From Malacoraja senta (lineage: Eukaryota), in assembly GCA_038087875.1 (NCBI GenBank), contig CM075987.1, forward strand, positions 28,212,001-28,276,000: a stretch of 64,000 nucleotides of DNA. Direction: 5' to 3'. How positions within the stretch are numbered: the stretch's first letter is position 1; every line of letters begins with the position of its first letter. This document shows positions 57,137 through 64,000 of this stretch, piece by piece. The translations under genes and the position numbers were made by a program. The notes beneath the pieces were generated by a model. It was not told where the DNA came from, did not search any database, and was given only the letters and a program-made list of their open reading frames with translations.

Positions 57137-59159
57137 AAAGGTAAGAAATAGGAAAAAAACGTAAAGTTAAGAGAAAACAAAGAATAAACAATTATTTTTC
57201 ATAGATTGCAAGCTCATTCAATGACATCCTATTTAATCTGACAAGAGGCATATATATGAATATATAAATATAGCCTGGGACTGTATCCCATATCTGTCAA
57301 GTATCCCGATAGGCTTTGGGAGAAATTAAACACAGCAAAATCTTGAACACAGGAAAATCAAGCTGCTAGTATCTTGGTAGCATAGCCTTGAAAAGAACAC
57401 TGAGCACTCTAGTTAGATAAGAAACAGAACTTGGATGAGTGACAGCTTGAAAGAACCTTTTAAAATACCTTTTTGGAGAGCTTTTGGTTTTGAACACATA
57501 CTACCCTTCGAACATTTAAAGAAAACAAGTACAAAACAACAGGCAAAATCCACAAACTTAATCCGAGAGCAGTTAGCAAAAGTGGCGTAGCCCCCCTCGT
57601 TTCCAAACAAAAATCGTGCAAAACATTAGAGATGTCTCTCTGTATTCATTTTACATTCCCCTCCCTTATCTGACAATAGCCGTTCTGTTTAAAATAATCT
57701 TTGTTTCTATGGGAACCAATTTGCAGAATTACCAAGCTAGGGAATTCCCCAGGCAGATTTTGTGAACTAGGACTTGGAGGTTTGCAAAAGTCATCGTCTT
57801 TGTTGGAGTGAAAATTTAAAATGAACAAAGGGAGTAGTTTAATGTAATGGTGGGCGGGTTAATGTTCAAACTGGGAGTGGTCTGAGCTGTGATTGGACAG
57901 TCTACGCCAAATGTCAAAGTTTGTTTCTTAAAAGCGGATATCAACAAAAACTGTTAAAGGTAAAACCATGGCAATCTTTAATTGATTCGTCAGACGGGAG
58001 TGGCAATAGATCTACAATGAGCACAAACGTTGCTCAGTGCTTCTCGGGCTCCCACTCTCAGAACAAAGGCGAGTTAGCACAATTATACATTTTTCTTATC
58101 AGTAAAACACTCCAACCAAGTCTGAATATGGCATGACTGAAAGATTCTGTAGCCTTTCACAATATAGGAAAGCTGGGTCCAAATCAAGCTCATCCAATAA
58201 CAAGTTATTACTTATCTCTGGAGCATCAGCTATTTTTTTCAATCTTAGCTTCTTTATGGCCTTGAAAAGAAGCACATGTTATTACTGCAGGCTGCCATCT
58301 TAATGTCTTTATTGAAAAGACAACCTGTCCTTCATATTGTGTTCCATATAATTTACAATGTCATTCGGACTTGGCACCGAGCCATTCTTTTATTCTACTA
58401 GTCCATACTTTTGTAGAACGACTCCATTTCAGATTTGACTATTAGCTCTTTCATTACTACCCATTAATAAATGCCTTTAACTAGATAGATAAATACAGGA
58501 GGGAGAAATGAATACAATATATTGGTGGCAGCAGGCACAGCTGGAATGTATCGCTACATCAGTCGTATCGAAGCCTGTACATTCCATTCGATTATGATGT
58601 ACAATTGGAATGTACGGTAGCAACTACCGTAGCAACTTTGTGTTGGTGGACATTTTCCCAAGGTTTCGGCATAGTTCCCCAATCCTGAAAGGATGTTCTT
58701 GAATAAACATTTTAATTAATCCCAGGCTGGCAATGTGAAAAAATGCACCACTTCATCAAGAAGTGCTAAGTTTGCCAGCTGTAATGTCATACCTGGTGCA
58801 ATTTGGATAAACACCAGGAAGACCAGATGGTTGATGTAATGCTGTTTTGCTAAAAAAAAAAAGACCAAAATTGATGTCAATCCACGAGCAAAAAAACTGA
58901 TGGCTCGTTATTTCACTCTGTGATCGCGATGTACATTGCATTTCAGTTCTATGTTTCATAGAGAAACAAAGAACTGCAGGTGTGTGTTCATACACAAAAA
59001 GACAAAGTGCTGGAGTAACTCAGCGGGACAGGCAGCTTCTCTGGAGAGAAGGAATGGGTGACGTTATGGTCGAGACCCTTCTTCAGACCGAGAGGGCAGG
59101 AGAGACATAGACGGTGTAGTGGACAGAGCCATGCTGTGCCTGTGAGAGGTAGGTGCCAG

Positions 59160-59503
59160 TGCACAGGGCGCGCTCCCGCGGGTGCGGACCCTGGCCCAGG
59201 GCGCGCCGCCGCGCGCATTGTTTGAAGACGCGGCGGTTGCCGGGCGCTGTGTGACGCCGTCCGGCGCTGTGTGACGTCACAGGGCGCAGTGTGACGCGAC
59301 TGCGCATGCCCGTCGCCAGGCAACGCGCACTCAAACGCAAGCAACGCCCAGCGCCGGCGCGCCGACCAATAGCGAGGCGCTGTGGATGAGTGGCAGCGCG
59401 GCGGGCCAATGGCCATGTGGCGGCGGTGACGCGGGATGATATAACCGGCACGGCGGGCGTTGGACGCTCATTGCGCGACCGCTCGCTGCCCGCTCCACTT
59501 GCC
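59160..59503 (+). promoter_or_regulatory. CpG-island promoter of the beta-tubulin gene
   Basis: CRE palindrome TGACGTCA at 59272-59279 plus TGACG half-sites, NRF1-like TGCGCATGC at 59301, CCAAT at 59366 and 59406, TATAA at 59440, and Kozak GCCATG. Confidence 0.85.
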
Positions 59504-59560
59504 ATGCGGGAGATCGTGCACCTGCAGGCCGGCCAGTGCGGCAACCAGATCGGGGCCAAG
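59504..59560 (+). CDS. TUBB4B: Beta-tubulin first coding exon (probably TUBB4B); remaining exons lie outside the window
   Basis: MREIVHLQAGQCGNQIGAK followed by a GT donor after codon 19, the canonical vertebrate beta-tubulin intron-1 position. Isotype is inferred from Leu7 and linkage to SSNA1/TPRN. Beta-tubulin itself is near-certain; the isotype is less so. Confidence 0.8.
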
Positions 59561-60424
59561 GTGTGTAGCCCAGACCGCCTCAGCCTTAGCCATAGCAGCA
59601 CTACAGCACATGGTGGGGGACGAGGTAAAGGGCGCGACCCCGGTCTGAGGCGGGCCCGCGCCGGCCCCCAGACCGTTAGGCGCGGGGCCCCGCCTGTGCT
59701 CGCCGCCGACGCCGCTGGGCGTTTGAAAAGGCGGCGAATGCGCAGCCACGGCCCCAATCCCGCGATGGGGTTGTCTTGGCGGCGGTGGGGGGGAGGGGTT
59801 AAGGCGGCGTCCCCGCCGGCTGAGGGTCCCCTCTGGGGCCAGCAACAGGCGGCTGACAACTCGCGGCATTCACTGGGACCGAAGATAAACACAAAAAGCT
59901 GGAGTAACTCAGCAGGACAGGCAGCATATCGCATATAACATATAGTTTCGGGTCGAGACCCTTCAGACTGAAAGTCACGGGAAAGGGATACGAGAGATAT
60001 AGACGATGATGTAGAGAGATAGCGAACAATGAATGAAAGATATGCATTAGAGTCACTGGGACCATTGTCCCACTCCTTACAGTGGGGCATCGTTTACACT
60101 TCAAATAGTATTTAACTACCGTGGGAAAAAACTACCGGTTATCGTGCCTAGGCATCTCTATCATCAGCAACCTATCCCGGTCCCATCACGCTAAGTAGTA
60201 GGTTGCATTTATACAGAAGCCCAAGGTTTTGAAAGCGTTTAACAGGTGTATGAGCATATCAAACTTTGTCACTAAACCTCTGCGAAAGAGGAAGCCGTCG
60301 GATAGAATCAGAGCGTTGTACAATAGGTCTTGATGTGCGCTTGTGTTGACTCGGTGCTATCTCATCACGTTTCCCTGCCCCTGTCCAGCCAATCCAAACT
60401 CGGGCACAGACACATACCCCACAT

Positions 60425-61395
60425 TTGGATGATGGGATTGAAGCCTTTGTGGTCAACTTTGCGGATGATATGAAGATAGGTGGAGGGGCAGGTAGTGTAG
60501 AGAAAGCAGGGACTCTGCAGAAAGACTTGTGCAGATTGGAAGAGTGGGCAGAGAAGTGGCAGATGGAATTTGGCGTTGCAAAATGTGGAGCCATGCATTT
60601 TGGCAGGAATAAAGGCGTAGACTATTTTCTAAATGGGGTGAGAATCCAGAAATCGGAGGTGCAAAGGGACTTGGGAGTGCTGGTGCAGAATTCCCCAAAA
60701 GTTAATTTGCAAGTCGAATCGGTAGTAAGGAAGGCAAATACAATGCTAGCATTTAATTCAAGAGGGCTAGAATACAAAAACAGTGATGTAATGCTGAGGC
60801 TCTATAAGGCGCTGGCCAGGCTGCATTTGGAATATTGTGAGCAATTTTGAGCACCATACCTGAGGAAAGATGTGCTGGCTCTGGGGAGGGTACAGAGGAG
60901 GTTTACATACCTCCTCTGTATGTATGAAGAATTATCCCAGGTATGAGTTGGCTAACATATGATGGGCGTTTGACAGCACTGGCCCTGCACTTGCTGGAGT
61001 TTAGAAGGTTGAGGGGGGGCCTCAATAAAACTAACGAATAGTGAATGGCTTGGATAGAGTGGATGTGGAGAGGATGCTTCCACCAGTGGGAGAATCTAGG
61101 ACTAGAGGCCACAGCCTCAGAATTAAAGGACGTTCCTTTAGGAAGGAGATGAGAGATTTCTTTAGCCAGAGGATGGTGAATCTGTGGAATTCTATGCCAC
61201 AGAAGGCAGTGGAGTTCAAGTCAATGGATATATTTAAGGCAGAGATAAATAGATTCTGGATTAGTACGGGTGTGGGGTTATGGGGAGAAGGCAGGAGAAT
61301 GGGTTAGGAGGGAGAGATAGATCACCCATGATTGAATGGTGGAGTAGACAATGGGCCGAATGGCGTAATTCTGCTCCTATCACTTATGTCCTTAT
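60425..61395 (+). mobile_element. 5'-truncated CR1 in tubulin intron 1
   Basis: …NFADDMKIGG…RLHLEYCEQF and the CR1 3' end. Confidence 0.92.
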
Positions 61396-63819
61396 GACAT
61401 TCACGTTCCCAGAACCGCATCACCGTCACCCCTTCATCTGATGAATGCACTGGAGGTTTTTGTATCAAATCCAGAATGATGCCCACCCCGTTGGGGTTTA
61501 AGGAGCACCACGATGAAAAAAGTACGTACGTCGGCTAGTAAAATGCATAAGATCATAAGTGATAGGAGTAGAATTAGGCCATTCCACCTGATAAGCAGGA
61601 GAATTTTGGATGAGTACATAATTTTGTCGTGAGGAACAAGGGAAACTGATCGCAAGTGTTGGGATTATAAACATGGATGTGGGATTCAGTAATAAAAAAG
61701 CATTTTCTTCCTTGAATATTTGTGATGGTTATAATTTTTAATTTCTGAATGCCATTTTGTACAAATATTCCATGAGTGCAATTAGCCAAGTCATGAGTGT
61801 TTTATTGTCATATGTCCCAGATACCCAATAACATGATTGAAGAAATGTTGGGAATGTGAATCAAACGGAGAGGTGATTGGTTTGGAATCTTGTTTATTTA
61901 TTTAAATAGTGGAGATGTAACAATGACCCTCAATATGCTACAATGATGCATGGAGATTCAAGCATATTTCATTGTATTGATGACATGGTTTAGGCAGTAC
62001 GTTGAGTTTACACAGGCTTTTTCACAGGCTGGGATTATCACGTCCCACGTGATGGGAAATGATACGTGTGGAGAAGATTGTGACTGCTTCCAGATTACAT
62101 GCAGCACTACAACGTCACCTCCATCTAATCCAGCCTGTCCTGCCTGCCCATGGACTGTTTCTGTTGATGATTTTGTGTCACCCAGGACACTACATTCACA
62201 GCAACCTTCTAATCAATGACCTGTCATATTCCTCTGACCTCTGGATACTAGTGCTCTGAGGATTGCCCCTCCAGCGAGTCACTGGTCCAAAATGGCTGCT
62301 GCCCCCTGCCAGACGATGTAGGTGGTTCCTGTGTGCCATGCCCCTTTCTAACTGGCACTTTCCCAGTGCTGCCAAGATCTGAGCTGGCGCCTCATGAAGT
62401 CAAGCGTGCGATACAATATTCTGCTGTTCATTGTCATTCTGCCATTGTCACCTTGCTTCTTCCGCTCCTCTGTTCAGGTGGGATTGGGGGTGGGGAAACC
62501 TATCAATAATTGCAAAGAAAAAAATTGCAGATGCTGGAAATCCCAAAACCATCTAACCTGTTCTTGTCCCTCGTAATTTTCCACACCAGCCTCCATTGCA
62601 TTTTTTGTCCATCTTACCATTTGAGCAGGATCTTTCTGTCACCTAAGCCTATGGTCATCATCAACAACACCACTATTTGTTTAGCTAAACACAGTGTACT
62701 GGAGTAACTCAGAGGGTCAGGCAGCAGGGAATAGATTGGTGATCTGAGAGAGTGAGAATCAGGGCCATGGGGAGGAGGGTAAAAGAGCATGAAAACTGAG
62801 ACCCAGTGAGTTAACACGCAGCCTGAGATGCATCACCAAGTGAGTGAACGCCAAAACCGTCAGGATTTGTGAATAATCAAAAAGCAGATGATAGGAATGT
62901 TACTGTATTGCCTTTATAATAGTGAAAACACTTTAAAAGGGACAGGAACGCCGCATATAATACAATAGGAAAAAGATATAGCCAAAGTTGGCTGCAACCT
63001 GATCACACATTTAAGAAATTTGTGGATGGAGTGTTAGTAGATGAGAAGTTTGAGAAGACAAGTTGCTTTAGTGAACAGAAGCTATTCTGTTTCCTCTCCC
63101 CTTTTGTATTTGTGTATGGTACGATTACACTATTGGATGGAATGATCTGTCTGGATAGTGTACAAAACAAAGTTTTTCACCATCTGGGTAAATGTGACAA
63201 TATACCAACAGCGATTGAGTGTTTAAATTAGACCCCAAGAAGACCAACTGTAAAGGAATTGATGGGTTTGGGGGAACTGGAGATTATAGCCATCGCTATC
63301 TGTTTTGCCTCTCTCCAATTGGACATTGAGATCTGAGGAATGATGGAAGGAGGCCAGTTTTTGAAGAATAATCTGAGTAAGAGAATGATAGAATATGTAG
63401 GTAGTAATGATGGGGTTTGTGTAGACTGAGAATGGGTTGAATGTTTAAGAAGTTAAAGGTGGCTTGGTGCTATGTGTGACCTGAGCAAACACACATTTAT
63501 ATTTAGCATTACTCTGAGGGCAGCATTTCCCATTGTCTGATATGAAACTCTCAGGGTTCACTGTGTAGTTGCATGAAGAAAGGGCAGCAACTTTAACATT
63601 TCTGTGGATGCTTAGTTTAATATGGGAATGCCAGAGTTACTGTCAGCGGTGCAGTGCTCTGCTGGCAGTAGGTTATCCAGTCTGCTGCAACTAAAGAACA
63701 CGTTCAAATTGACTAAAGCATTTATGAACTTGTATTATTGCAAAATATCCCGCAAGTGCTGTGCTTTCTGATGTGGTCTAATTGATCTTTTAATAACATG
63801 TCACAATTTAATAACATGA

Positions 63820-64000
63820 CACAATTTAGAACGGAGACGAGGAAACACTTTTTCTCACAGAGAGTGGCGAGTCTGTGGAATTCTCTGCGGGCGGTGGAGG
63901 CAGGTTCTCTGGATGCTTTCAAGAAAGAGCTAGATAGGGCTCTTAAAAATAGCGGAGTCAGGTGATATGGGGAGAAGGCAGGAATGGGGTACAGATTGGG
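63820..64000 (+). mobile_element. CR1 3' fragment running off the window
   Basis: Near-identical to 35085-35265. Confidence 0.9.

Noticed and set aside
59083..60090. 335-aa minus-strand ORF and 182-aa plus-strand ORF over the tubulin promoter
   Set aside because: GC-rich CpG-island read-through; only the 19-codon tubulin exon is supported.

Overview
Eukaryotic vertebrate genomic DNA, most likely from a cartilaginous fish (skate/ray-like). The organism is inferred from the repeat families, not proven. There are two 200-N scaffold gaps (9011-9210, 38160-38359). Host genes: the last exon of SSNA1 (+), the last three coding exons of taperin TPRN (-), a complete 11-coding-exon ALAD (+, 330 aa), and the CpG-island promoter plus first exon of a beta-tubulin, probably TUBB4B (+). 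The rest is mostly retroelements: one near full-length CR1 LINE, many CR1/L2/Rex1/Tx1 fragments, tRNA-derived SINEs, and short Penelope-derived units with hammerhead-ribozyme-like cores. There is also a MITE and several minisatellites. The most unusual structure lies between ALAD and the tubulin promoter (~53.8-57.6 kb, minus strand). An intronless ZNF276 copy is circularly permuted, with its C-terminal fingers and stop placed before the middle of the protein. It sits inside a decayed CRACR2/EFCAB4-family copy, and the patchwork is bracketed by a ~110-bp direct repeat and a reconstructable intron. All protein identifications come from recalled homology of hand translations; no searches were run.
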